Shown in pieces: positions 1-10,834 of a DNA stretch of 63,646 bases. The translations under genes and the position numbers were made by a program. The notes beneath the pieces are model-generated. The model was not told the DNA's origin and searched no databases. It saw only the letters and a program-made list of their open reading frames with translations. Source of the DNA: Schmidtea nova (lineage: Eukaryota); the NCBI GenBank assembly GCA_044892505.1, contig CM097882.1, forward strand, positions 361,522,001 to 361,585,646, read 5' to 3'. Each line of letters opens with the position of its first letter. Positions within the stretch are counted from its first letter, which is position 1.

Positions 1-960
1 CTAGGCCAAATCTGTCTTGGAACGATATGGTGTTGAATCCAGTTGTCCTTGATATGATTTTCCTTATGTTAGATTTTATTGCACTGAAAACACTTTCGAT
101 AGGATTGAGGAACGGGCTATATGGAGGTAAATTTTCAATGAAGTTATTCCGAGATAATGCTCCTCCATGAATCGAAGCATTATCATGGATGAGGTAATAT
201 CCCGAGCCATTTAATTTGGATGTTATTTCATCTATAAATAACTGATAAGAATTCTTTTTGAAGGATCCGACCATTAATTAGTGGTGAACAGGTCCTTCGA
301 TAATAATAGCGAGAGCCAATGACATGTTTGACCCTCTGTTGCTTGGAACTGTTGCATACAAGAGTTCAACTTGTTTCTTTCTTCCAACCGATTGGCTTGT
401 CCAGGTGTTAAAGCCGCATTCGTCGATATAAATAATTTTTTCTTCATTCCATGCTTCTTCTTGGAACCTAGTCACGTATTCCATTCGGATTTGTAAAACA
501 CGCTCCGAATTTCTAGCAGCGATACATGGCCTGACTTTTTTAACTGATATAAGACTATTTTTCAAAAATCGAAAAATCCTCTGTGTTGATATGTTACAAT
601 CTTGTGTATTTAAGTAATTTTTCATTTCTATCAGATTTGCAAAATAATTTTATTCTTCATAATCTAACAGTTTGTTTCCATTTTCTTCGGAAATCTTTGA
701 TTTGCTGCCACCGATTTTCCCTTTTGATATAAAGCCAAATTTTTTATATTTAACTACTATTGCTTTTATTGTGTTTTAGTAATTCCTAACAGTCTGAATA
801 ATTGAAAATAATCCTCCCCATTTTCCATGGCATTCGCGATTTTGACTTTGTCAGCTTCTGAAATTCTGTTACAATATAACCTTTTTAAAATTTTAATCAA
901 TAAAACCTATTTTTTTCTAGTTTTTCTTTCCAAATCAAGCCCTGTAGAACTTGGTTGCCA
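1..960 (-). mobile_element. Tc1/IS630-like DDE transposase pseudogene (runs off the window start)
   Basis: ORF 278-625 contains IIYIDECGF (first D). Downstream minus-strand frames give DNASIH and LPPYSPFLNPIESVFS. An HTH-like N-terminal region lies at about 700-960. Stops and frameshifts are present. Confidence 0.8.
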
Positions 961-1018
961 TTTATTAAATGATATTCTATAAAAATTTTGATTTAATGAT
1001 ATATTAAAAAAAATAATA

Positions 1019-1205
1019 TTTACAAATTTAGCTGGTTGTTTTCATGAAAGTTTAACGTGGAGCCTTCAGAAATATCAGAATTGCTATAAAAATTTAATTT
1101 ATTTTATAATAAAAAAAATAATTTTTACAAATTTGGCTGGTCATTTTCCCGAAAGCTTAACGTGGAGCCTTCAGAATTATCGGATTTGCTATAAAAGATT
1201 TATTT
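1019..1205. repeat. Two diverged tandem copies of a ~105-bp unit
   Basis: tttacaaatt.gctgg...ttaacgtggagccttcagaa...ttgctataaaa occurs at about 1019 and again at about 1123. Confidence 0.7.
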
Positions 1206-1409
1206 AATTATTAAATGAAAAAGAAATCTTACAATATGCCCTCTTGAAAAATATTTTTTTCCAAATATTTTTCTTTAAATTTCATTTTAAAAATCGATAA
1301 AAAATAATTAATATGAAGAAAATATTAACTTTTTTGTGTGCGTAAGATTTATTATTGAATGCTAGTGATTGATTAGATTTGCACTCATTAAAAATTTGCT
1401 TGCAGTTTT

Positions 1410-1850
1410 TACTATATAATGCCTTTTGTGGTTTACAAAGTTTTTCTATCTTTTTTGTCTACCACATAATAAAATATGTTAATCAATGTTAACACACCGA
1501 TAACACACAGGTGAGTGTTTGGAGTTTCTATAGTATAATTTAATTTTGTAATATAGGAGATGCTGCTCATCGTTATACGGTGTAGCAGTAAAATCAGGAA
1601 GGTATGTGTTACAGTAATTGTAGTCATAGTAACATTCAAAATTAATTGCCTGAACACGCACAGTACTTTTTAATTTTGCAATGTACTTTCATCTATACAG
1701 TATCACAAGAAAACATTGTACATACACTTAAAATTTATCTATTTAAAAAATGATTTACAAAATAATAACAAGAGACAAACAAGTAGTGTTTAAAAACATT
1801 GTATGAAAAATAAATAACATGTCGGGTTCTTACGAAATTGTCAAGGGTTT
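1410..1850 (-). repeat. Dispersed repeat, possibly a piggyBac-like relic (second copy at 23490-23655)
   Basis: Shares ccgataacacacaggtgagtgttt...catcgttatacggtgta with 23490-23655. A caaggg-tttaa end near 1845 resembles a TTAA-CCC terminus. Family assignment is weak. Confidence 0.4.
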
Positions 1851-2049
1851 AATATAAAAAGTTCGTACAAATCGATATAAAATTTCAAGTAATAATAGTT
1901 AGTTTAATAATATATCAACAAATCTTTGGTAGATTTTGAAATTCTACTTGATTATTATTCATAATGACAATGTCAGAAATATGTAAAAAATAAACTAGAG
2001 ATGGTATAAGGACATAAATGCTATTAACACGTTTACATACATTGGTTAC

Positions 2050-3563
2050 AACTTCGAGACTTGTTTGATTATAATAAAACAAGATATTTAATACAAAATT
2101 ATGTTGGGCTGTTGGAATCGAAAATAAATTTTGTTAAAATTCATCAAAAGGTAAATATACACAAAAGGAAACAAATTCAAAATACACGATAAAACATAGG
2201 TAGTAAAATAACACAAAAGATTATAAAATACTAAAGTATAAATAGTAATACTACGAACCACATTCCATAAGCCGGTCGAGATATGATTAAAACGATAGAA
2301 AAGAGGCATCTCGAAAGAGAGCACACAATTTGAGCGCAGGTCGGATTTACACACGAAGGAGCGCACGAGAATTGAATGAAGAAAATCAGTGCTTGTATAG
2401 TTAATACGAAAACATGATTAAAGAATAAATTTGGTATTAGAATAAAGAAAATAATTTATTAAAAAATTATAGAAAAATCCCCATTGAAATATCGTAAAAA
2501 TAACATTGTTGAGAATAAAAATAGATTTGAAATTCAATTTGATTGTTTTAATTAATCAATTAAATCGTCAAAAAATGGATACTATTAAACATTAAATGGA
2601 TTCTATTAAACATTATTTAATAGAATTGAAAATAATTAGTTAGAAAATAAATAAAATAATTTATAAAATTAAATTTACAGAAAGTAAATAAATAATTAAA
2701 TATTAAATTATATAAGTTAAATATTAAAATTAATAGATAAATTAAAGTTTTACATTTTATTTAACAAACAGAATGCGTAAGCGTCGTTTAGAAGTAGTAT
2801 AAATATGCGCTGAAAAATCATAATTAAAGTAGTGTGAGCTAAATCACAATTTCAATCAAAATTCACGGTGAGTGATTCTACCAACCAGCAACAGTCATTG
2901 TATTTGTTCAGTCGAGTTGATCGATTTGTAAGTAAGTTTTATTTTTTGTGTAATGTGTAATTGGATGTTTTCATAATTTTTACTTAATAAACATTTGAGA
3001 TATGATTTTGAATTTACGTGTTAAAGGATTTCCCGTTTTACACTCTGCTCATAAAATAAATAGATGCGCCCTGGTGGTGTAATGCCATCAGGGTGATAGT
3101 CGCACTGCTGGGGATTCTTTGGAATTTAGCGGTTGTGGTGAGAACAAACTAAACTTTATTGACAATTAAATCTTGGGTGATGGGAAAAAGCAAATTAAGC
3201 ACATAATTGTATAGAAAACCAATGGAGGTTAAGATGGGTTATTTGTATGTTTTTGCGAATGCATAAGCGTAGTTCTAGGATAGAATATGGCGATAGAAGG
3301 TTAAGATTTATTCATGTGATAGGACCGTAAGGTAAGTAGATGCGTAAGTCCTTCTATCGGCAGCGGGAACCCGAAAGAGAAAATATAATGATAAGTAGTT
3401 TCGGCAACGAAGCTCACCTACTCACTAGATTCTCTCCACCGTGTACAGTACCAACATAGTCAATTAGGGAATAACTATGGGTATACTAGTGTTTTAGGTT
3501 AAATTTATGATGGGCTATGGGTTGTATTAATCTCTAGTGTCAATAATAATTTTTATACCAACA
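2050..3563 (+). mobile_element. Long LTR-like repeat 'LTR-A', copy 1 (solo; left end approximate)
   Basis: Homologous to 18280-20099, 36141-44119 and 44965-47000. TATA-like gtataaata lies near 2795. Conserved tgcgtaagtccttctatcggcag block. Conserved 3' end ..ccaaca at 3563. Confidence 0.65.
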
Positions 3564-3602
3564 CCAATAACATCCAGCAATTATAATTTGCGTCTTCTGC
3601 AT

Positions 3603-3641
3603 AACACTGTTGAGATACAAAAAACTCGAAACTAATCTGCT
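3603..3641 (+). ncRNA. Degenerate minimal type I hammerhead ribozyme motif
   Basis: CTGTTGA-G...CTC-GAAA-CTAATC-TGCT; a diverged direct copy of the 3983-4020 motif. Confidence 0.45.
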
Positions 3642-3982
3642 ATTGGGATTTTGCATTGGGGATCACAAAACTTTACCTTTTATTATTGGTTTCTTTAAAC
3701 AAACAGTCATCCGACAAATATTTTTAAAAAACATTTCAAGTGATAATTAATAAATAAACCTAAGGTGGTTGGCGTGCTTGCAAACAGTTTCTGCATTTAA
3801 CTAATTACTAGTGCACAGAGGCGAATATGATGTTCATATGCCATGTTTGACAGTTCACAGATTATCTGTAAGACTTTGCATATTCAAGTGATCGAGTGTA
3901 CTAGGAAAACTTTTCAATAAAGTTGTTTCAACTTTGTTTTGTACTTACCTAGCGTGACAACCAATCTTCTCATCTCCTGCAC

Positions 3983-4020
3983 AGCACTGGTGAGAGTCAA
4001 AAGCTCGAAACTAGTCTGCT
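3983..4020 (+). ncRNA. Minimal type I hammerhead ribozyme motif (Penelope/retrozyme-like), core A6>G
   Basis: Stem I AGCA/TGCT, core CTGGTGA, stem II GAG(T)/(G)CTC, GAAA, palindromic stem III ACTAGT, GTC cleavage triplet at 4014-4016. Confidence 0.7.
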
Positions 4021-4357
4021 ATTGAGGTTTTGCACTGAGTATTAATAGTATTTTTTAAAAAACAGTCATCAAAAAATTGTTTTCTAGTTATTTGATATCT
4101 AAATTTTTACAATTGCTTAATAGTTAATAAAGATCTAATCTTTTAATCATATCCGAATAATTTCAATGTTTTCATTAATTCTAGTCCATTTCAATATATT
4201 TAGAATTCATTAGTTCCGACAGTAATTTTCTAATTTTGAAACGTAGAAAAATATTTAAATTTTTTTTTAAAAATTACAACTGAAATGTCAATAAATAATA
4301 AAATTAGATTTCAACTTATATTTTTAATATCGATCGTTGTATGATTAAAATATCTTC

Positions 4358-4648
4358 ATGCCAGCTAAGAAAAATAAGAATGCTGATAAAAAGACTGATA
4401 AAAAGTCCGCTAAAACACCAGATAAAAAATCTTTTAAAAGCCTATTAGATAAAAAAGATCTTAAAGCTGTTGAAAAGAAAGAAAAAGATCTACCACCTTT
4501 GCCAACTAATTTAACTGCCGAACAACTAGTTGAATTCAAGGAAGCATTCGATTTATTCAATGAATCTGAAGAGCCTAAAATACCAGCAGCATCTGTGGTG
4601 ACATTAATGAGGAAATTGGGCCTAATGCCTAGTGAGAATGAAGTTATG
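4358..4648 (+). CDS. Calmodulin-like EF-hand protein, exon 1 (Lys-rich N-terminal extension)
   Basis: LTAEQLVEFKEAFDLF matches calmodulin helix A. GT donor at 4649; 44-nt intron 4649-4692. Confidence 0.85.
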
Positions 4649-4692
4649 GTAAAACTGTTATTCGACTTATAAATATAATATCAAAAATTTAG

Positions 4693-5004
4693 GAGATTAT
4701 TGAAGCATTTGATCCGGACGGTACATTATTATACGATGGATTAGCTTATGAACATTTTTGTTGTGTGGCTGCTAAAGTTATTGATCAGGTTTACACAGAA
4801 AACGACATAATAATTGCTTTTAAAATATTCGACAATGAAGAAACTGGGTTGCTTCATGTCGACGAAGTAAAAAGAATCTTACAGAAAATGGGTGATCCAT
4901 TAACCGTTGAAGAAATGGATGCACTAATAGACTCAGCTGATATCGATGCCAATGGCAACATAAAATACGTTGAATTTGTCAAGGAAATGATGCTTGAATT
5001 TTAA
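4693..5004 (+). CDS. Calmodulin-like EF-hand protein, exon 2
   Basis: tttag acceptor; phase-0 join reads NEVM|EIIEAFDPDG. EF3 is DNEETGLLHVDE and EF4 is DIDANGNIKYVE. Total 200 aa. Confidence 0.85.
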   Translation, partial: EIIEAFDPDGTLLYDGLAYEHFCCVAAKVIDQVYTENDIIIAFKIFDNEETGLLHVDEVKRILQKMGDPLTVEEMDALIDSADIDANGNIKYVEFVKEMMLEF

Positions 5005-5723
5005 GATTGTTTAATTACTCAGGAATAATTATTCAATTAAATAACAATAAAAATAAGTACTTTTTATTAATCATACATGATAGATTGACATTTGCTTGTT
5101 TCGCAAAATTTATTATACAGTTCTTTTACAATATTACAAATGCATAGTTATAAAGAAAAAAAATCTCTATCATTATTATTCAGTCTAAATCATCATTCAC
5201 AACAAAATCTACATTCACAAAACTGTCGAAGGCATTGTTCTAAAAAAATATATTCAAAATCGCAATTATAATTAAGAGGTCAATTTTCAAAGATAGTTAA
5301 ACAAATATTATCAATTTTATACACGAAATTAGTGTTTTTAAATTGTTATAGTTTATCATGTTTTTGATAAACGAAATCAGGAAAATATATAAAACTCGAA
5401 TTAAACAAACTGATTTTTGAAGAATATTAAAATTTGGTCGCATACAAAATCTAAATAATTTATATACAAATTACAGTTTACAAAAATTAAAATCCAATCA
5501 ATATTTAGGCACAATTTCATAAGAGTACAAAACCATCGGAAAATTAAACAATGTTGGAGAATATATATATATATGTATATTATATCGGGTATATCTGTAT
5601 AGAATTTACAAAACTATCACAAAATTACTCTTTCAAATAATGTTGTCATTAATGTCATCATTATCGATCGTTGTCAAAATATAAATAAATCGTTGGCGTT
5701 ATCATTTTTCTCAAATCAAATTG

Positions 5724-8700
5724 TCAATTCATCCACCGTCTACAGTTTCTCGCTCCACACAAACACGGAATTTTATCATCTTTCCCGTCATCCAAGTCAA
5801 ACTTGTAATCATAGGTCAATTCTTCTCCTTTCTCAATTTTCCTGTTTGATATAATAACAATATGGCTCTCTTTTTCAAAATCCAACAACTCCGTAAAACA
5901 ATTAGGATCACAGCAATGATTGATATATCTCGCCAAATCCCCGGCTCTGGTAGCATCGATAACCGTTGATGGGTCAAGCCGAAACATGTAAATCCCTTGC
6001 TTCTTACTTTCGTATTGTTTCTCTCGGATGTTAGCCACTTCATTGCGAATCAATTCTCCCACATACTCTATGATCATTGTACCTTTTTCGAGGTCTTTAG
6101 CCGCATAAAGACCGAATCCCTGAATTTTAGATCGCTTCAAAACGACATTGAATTTCGTTTCGAATTTCAATTTCCGATATTGCTGCCATTTGCTGCTGAG
6201 AGTTGTTTTGCTGTTGCTGTTGTTGTTGTTGCTGCCGTTGTTGTTGTTGAATAGATTTGAATTGTCCTGATTTTTCGCCGCTGTTGCCAGCAAATTCCTC
6301 ATGAAATTCGGTGACTGATGGATAGCGGGCTTGTGGATGTGGCGATAGAGTTTCACAAACGGTTCCGTTCGTATCGATCCGCTCATGTTAACCGGCAGTG
6401 GCATTTGGACAATTAATTGCATTTTACCGAACTTGAAAGCGTAATCGTTTAAACTCTCCAGCCCCGGCAACGACTCGATAGCCCTAAGCACGTGGGGTTC
6501 CGTTAATCCGTACAGATCTTCGGCTTTGATATGTTCCGGGAAAAACTTCACAACTCTGTGCGATTTTCTCAGATTCGAGATTTTCGTGAGGATTTTTCTC
6601 CAGGTTTCCGAACAAGACGACCCGAAATACGACTCGTTTTCTAGATTCTCGTCTTTTGCAGTCACTTTGAATAAAGGCATTTTTTGGTCTTTATCCATCA
6701 GGATTTCACACTCATAAACCGATCGAGTATTGATTACCCGGGACGACCAATGGATCCGGTGAGACTTGAATCCGGTCGGATAGACGTGGTTGAGATTGTG
6801 AAAGTTCCCCGAATGGATTTGGTGTGGAAGCAATTGACCGATTGAAAGAACAACGAGAGAACCGATTCTCAGAAAGAAATTCTGATCCTCATTATTGATT
6901 GTTCCTGCAACTTGGGAATATTCGTCTCGAGATATGTAGACTCGTCGATCGACATTTAACGTGGTTAAATGCGGACCCAAATCTTTTGTCTGATGCAACT
7001 GGCAATACATTGCTCGATCAGCAAAAAACAAGCACCCTTTTTCTTGAGCACAAGGCACGTGATATTTCAATGTACAACGGGGATAATAGCAAACGATCCC
7101 GGCACCGGATTTCCCACACGAACTGCAAATCGATTTCAATGAGGCCTCAAACGACTCGGGAACATTGTTCAGTGCTCCGCATTGCATTTCGAATACATTG
7201 TTGCACCAGAGAGCGCAATTGATGTGTAACCATTTGTCGACATCGAAACAGAGCAACCGACCGGAACCGTTTTCCGGTAAATCTCCAGTCCGATGGCACA
7301 GTGAACAAATCCGTTTATCGATCGGTCCTGTTTGCCGCAAAACGGATTTCGATTTTATTGATAATTTCTTGAATTGCGATTCTGATATGATAGATGTGCT
7401 CATCGGTTCCGGAATTGGATTCGAATGGAACACGGAATATTTGCTGCCTTTGTGGATTTTCTGCGGAGAAGATTTCAATGATGGGCCACTGATGGAGGCC
7501 TTTTTTTTCAGAAGCTTATCATTGATGAGAGCACCTAATCGTTTGGAGATTTGTTTGGATTTCGATATGGATCCTTGAACGATTACCGAAGCGTCACACA
7601 TGTCCTCCCCGACATAAATGCGCTGATCCTTGAGATCAGAACACTTGGTAGTGTTGTTGTTGTTACTGTGATTGTCATCATCGAGTGCTGAATACTCCTG
7701 TTGGCAGGATTCATCACAGAAACTCAGATCTCGATATTTGATCCGATCACAGAGCTGATTGGAATAGATCAATTTCTGATCCGGTATTAATTTGTCACAA
7801 TTTGCACATTTCAAGCAAGGCTTATTGAGAAGTGCTGTTGATTTGTAGACTTTTTCTGAATAAAGAGGAAGCTCGGTTGATTTATCGATTGATATGAGAT
7901 TATCGAACGGTTTCGTTGTAATACTGCTAGTGGACTCCAATTTGTAAACCGATGTGTTATATCGTTCACAAATCTCTCTGGGAATCGAATTACTGACCAT
8001 ACTGTCTTTGTCAATAGCGATTTCCCCACCGCGAGTCGTTTCTTTAAATTCAACTGAATTATAATCGATCCCCAATACATCGGTAATGTTTCTCACCGTT
8101 TTTTCAACATCATCCGGCGGATTTATCGTGAAAGTCATCAACAATTTCTCTCTTGATTTGCTGTTATTACTATTATTGTTATTATTATTTGATTTCATTT
8201 GATCATTGACCGGTTTACTGACGATCTCACCGGTTTCCGAATCGATAAGCGTGTTTTCGGGAATCTGTGGTTCGGCCGCTGTGGAAACCGATGAATATTT
8301 ATGGGATATTTGAACACGGGAGATTCCAGTGGGACGCAACAACGATTGTGCATCGGGTTTGCGTGTCAATAATGACGACGACGACGTCGACAACGAGGAT
8401 GACGATGATAAATCCGCATGATCGAATTTGAGATAGTCTTTATTCGGACAATGGAACACCGACAATTGCGGAGATTGGTTGCGATTCGGTGGATAAAGCA
8501 TTTCCAGATTGGGACCGGCAGATAAATTGACAGTCGGCGATGAAATAGGATCACAATTGAATACACTGAGATAGTCGAGTTCATTGTTGCTCGGAGAGGG
8601 CACAATTAAGCAATCGATATCGTCTGATTCGCGCGCTGACAGCAACCCACCTTCGGGAATACTGACATTGATATTCTGGAGAATGAAACTGTTTTCCGAA

Positions 8701-10244
8701 CATCGACTGACACCGAGATGGATCGGATTGATTTGAGGCATTGCAAATGGCACTCGTTTGTATTTAACGCAATTGTCCTGCAGCTGGGCGATATCTGAAC
8801 ACTGTGTTGATCGTTGCTTGCAGCCTAGCGGCGCAAGAACTGTCAAATTGTTTTTTATTCGCGGCTCATGGACTAGTTTTCTGAAATTCGGTTGTCCTAA
8901 AACCTTAACCATATTCTGTTGACATCGTTGCAATGGATTGTTCGATTTGTCATGATAAATAGGCTCATTCGATAATTTCTGTTTTTTGTTTGTCGATTTC
9001 CCCACAGATGAATTTCGACGCTTGTTTGTTGTCGATTTCACAGACGACTCTAAATTTGAATGTAACATTTCATCACTGAGATTCGGTTTCTGGTGGATTT
9101 GGCAATTGACGGAATAGAAATCGGATTTCGGAAACGATTGAGCGAGAATGTTTATGTTCGATTTGACGTCATTTGCGATTGGTTTGTTGTCAGTGGGATT
9201 CGAATGAAATTGCGGATGGATGAAATTAACAGAGGAAATCGTTTTGTTGTTCTGTCGAAACATTTCCCCGTGGCGTTGGAGTGGAATGTTATTGTTTTGA
9301 ATTGTCAATTGTACAAGTGGATTTTCGGAAATCTGTGACAAAATTGGTGATGACATTGAGCTTGACATTTCCAAACTGTCCACAGTTTCGTGAATTGAAC
9401 GAGAAACGACGTTTTCTCGAGATTTAATAACACTGAGAAACACATCTTCATGAGGATCACTACTGAGAGCTTTAATGAGGACCTCCTTGATAACTTCTGT
9501 AATTGTGTCACGTGTTGATTCATTGATATTTGTTTGTACAACTGTAATAGGATGAGGAGTAGGAACAATAGTAGCAACTGGTGTTGTTGTTACCGATTGA
9601 ATAACTTCTGTAGAATCTGTAGAAAGCGGTAGAAAATTTACATCTTTTTTATCTGGAGATATTTCTTTTTTAATTGCTGATAAATCGAGTTTTTTCTCAC
9701 TCAGTGGAGAAGATGATATGATATTTGAAGAATGAGCTTTAGTAATTGCATTTAAATGAGGTGGAATTGTCGATGTCAGTACAGGATTGTCTGGCACTTG
9801 CGCTGGTAAAACCTCCTGAACGAGAATCGTCAACTGATTGGGTGCAGCTGTAATGTCACTTGAATTGTCATTGCTGTTGTTTAAACACTGTGAAGTTTTC
9901 ATTGTTAGATTGCGTTTATATTGCTTCTTATTTTTGTTGATATTTGAAGTAAGGAGAAATTTATTAAATTCATCACTTTGATTGTTGATTGTAGCATAAC
10001 AATTGTGGGCAATCGAACTCGGTATAGTTTGAGCATTTTTTAAGTCGTTTGTCGTGTTGTTTTGATATTGTCTGTTGAAATTCACTGACGAATTGCTATT
10101 ATTATTATTATTAGGCACAATGGTGTAGTTTGTGGTTTTATTATTTGAGCCGATTACAGTACATGGAAATTGAGCCGATGAAATAATATTCGGTGATGCC
10201 AAATTCGATATAAAATACGGTTGCTCACTTTGATTTTGTTCCAT
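5724..10244 (-). CDS. trr: Trr-type KMT2C/D (MLL3/4 C-terminal half) histone H3K4 methyltransferase
   Basis: 1506-aa ORF with C-x2-C..FC-x2-C Zn motif, extended PHD (CSLCHRTGD..WLHINCALW), FYRN (RIGSL..IGQL), FYRC, WIN-like GSIRTE, SET (RYINHCCDPNC, ELTYDYKF) and post-SET (CLCGARNCRRWMN). Confidence 0.93.
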   Translation of the reverse strand: MEQNQSEQPYFISNLASPNIISSAQFPCTVIGSNNKTTNYTIVPNNNNNSNSSVNFNRQYQNNTTNDLKNAQTIPSSIAHNCYATINNQSDEFNKFLLTSNINKNKKQYKRNLTMKTSQCLNNSNDNSSDITAAPNQLTILVQEVLPAQVPDNPVLTSTIPPHLNAITKAHSSNIISSSPLSEKKLDLSAIKKEISPDKKDVNFLPLSTDSTEVIQSVTTTPVATIVPTPHPITVVQTNINESTRDTITEVIKEVLIKALSSDPHEDVFLSVIKSRENVVSRSIHETVDSLEMSSSMSSPILSQISENPLVQLTIQNNNIPLQRHGEMFRQNNKTISSVNFIHPQFHSNPTDNKPIANDVKSNINILAQSFPKSDFYSVNCQIHQKPNLSDEMLHSNLESSVKSTTNKRRNSSVGKSTNKKQKLSNEPIYHDKSNNPLQRCQQNMVKVLGQPNFRKLVHEPRIKNNLTVLAPLGCKQRSTQCSDIAQLQDNCVKYKRVPFAMPQINPIHLGVSRCSENSFILQNINVSIPEGGLLSARESDDIDCLIVPSPSNNELDYLSVFNCDPISSPTVNLSAGPNLEMLYPPNRNQSPQLSVFHCPNKDYLKFDHADLSSSSSLSTSSSSLLTRKPDAQSLLRPTGISRVQISHKYSSVSTAAEPQIPENTLIDSETGEIVSKPVNDQMKSNNNNNNSNNSKSREKLLMTFTINPPDDVEKTVRNITDVLGIDYNSVEFKETTRGGEIAIDKDSMVSNSIPREICERYNTSVYKLESTSSITTKPFDNLISIDKSTELPLYSEKVYKSTALLNKPCLKCANCDKLIPDQKLIYSNQLCDRIKYRDLSFCDESCQQEYSALDDDNHSNNNNTTKCSDLKDQRIYVGEDMCDASVIVQGSISKSKQISKRLGALINDKLLKKKASISGPSLKSSPQKIHKGSKYSVFHSNPIPEPMSTSIISESQFKKLSIKSKSVLRQTGPIDKRICSLCHRTGDLPENGSGRLLCFDVDKWLHINCALWCNNVFEMQCGALNNVPESFEASLKSICSSCGKSGAGIVCYYPRCTLKYHVPCAQEKGCLFFADRAMYCQLHQTKDLGPHLTTLNVDRRVYISRDEYSQVAGTINNEDQNFFLRIGSLVVLSIGQLLPHQIHSGNFHNLNHVYPTGFKSHRIHWSSRVINTRSVYECEILMDKDQKMPLFKVTAKDENLENESYFGSSCSETWRKILTKISNLRKSHRVVKFFPEHIKAEDLYGLTEPHVLRAIESLPGLESLNDYAFKFGKMQLIVQMPLPVNMSGSIRTEPFVKLYRHIHKPAIHQSPNFMRNLLATAAKNQDNSNLFNNNNGSNNNNSNSKTTLSSKWQQYRKLKFETKFNVVLKRSKIQGFGLYAAKDLEKGTMIIEYVGELIRNEVANIREKQYESKKQGIYMFRLDPSTVIDATRAGDLARYINHCCDPNCFTELLDFEKESHIVIISNRKIEKGEELTYDYKFDLDDGKDDKIPCLCGARNCRRWMN

Positions 10245-10656
10245 ATGGTAAAAAAATGTATTAATTTCAATAACAATTTATGTTTAATGTTAATCTAAAA
10301 TAGTAAATAAACTTTTATATATAGAACAAAGATAAATAAATTGCAATACTAAATTCCGTTATCAATTTATAATAAACCATCAAACTTTAAAAAAGGACTT
10401 TAAAATGCATAACATGACATTTAAGATTTACTTTTATGGTAAATTATCATGAAATATGGAAATTAAATTTATTTAATTATCAGAAATATGTAATTAGAAA
10501 ATTATTAAAAATGAAAGTTTTAGAAAAATTTAAATCGCCATAAGTATTAAATTTATAATTGTTGATAAACAAATAATTTATAAACAAAACGAGTTTATTA
10601 GCTTTTTAAAAATAATTTATATAATAAAATTTAAATAAATTTAAAAAAAATTCAAG

Positions 10657-10792
10657 TTAAACTTTATTATTTTTTTTCAAAAGATCAAATCTTGGTTTTT
10701 TAAAGTTTTTATTGTTGCTTTCATTATTCACAGACAGGAATAACTCCTTTTTAGACTGATGCAAAAAAGAATATATTTGATTAGCTAGGTTC
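10657..10792 (-). CDS. ERCC4: XPF/ERCC4 exon 9 (last)
   Basis: Phase-2 join LQNK|NLANQIYSFLH (end of HhH2); TAA at 10657-10659; 42-nt intron 10793-10834. Confidence 0.8.
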
Positions 10793-10834
10793 CTAAATAA
10801 ATCTAAATAATAATTTTATTAAATAAGCAATTAC

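Noticed and set aside
3068-3115. tRNA-like start (gccctggtggtgtaatg) and a 9-bp hairpin at 3069-3093
   Set aside because: No T-arm/B-box or acceptor stem, so it cannot form a cloverleaf; it lies inside LTR-A.
3460-3490. gtaactatg motif resembling the 28S R2/I-CeuI target region
   Set aside because: Flanks do not match 28S; it is part of the LTR-A conserved block.
5816-9577. Short ORFs overlapping or antisense to trr; likewise those overlapping XPF, Merlin and the orphan ORF
   Set aside because: Shadow frames of real coding sequence with no independent motifs.
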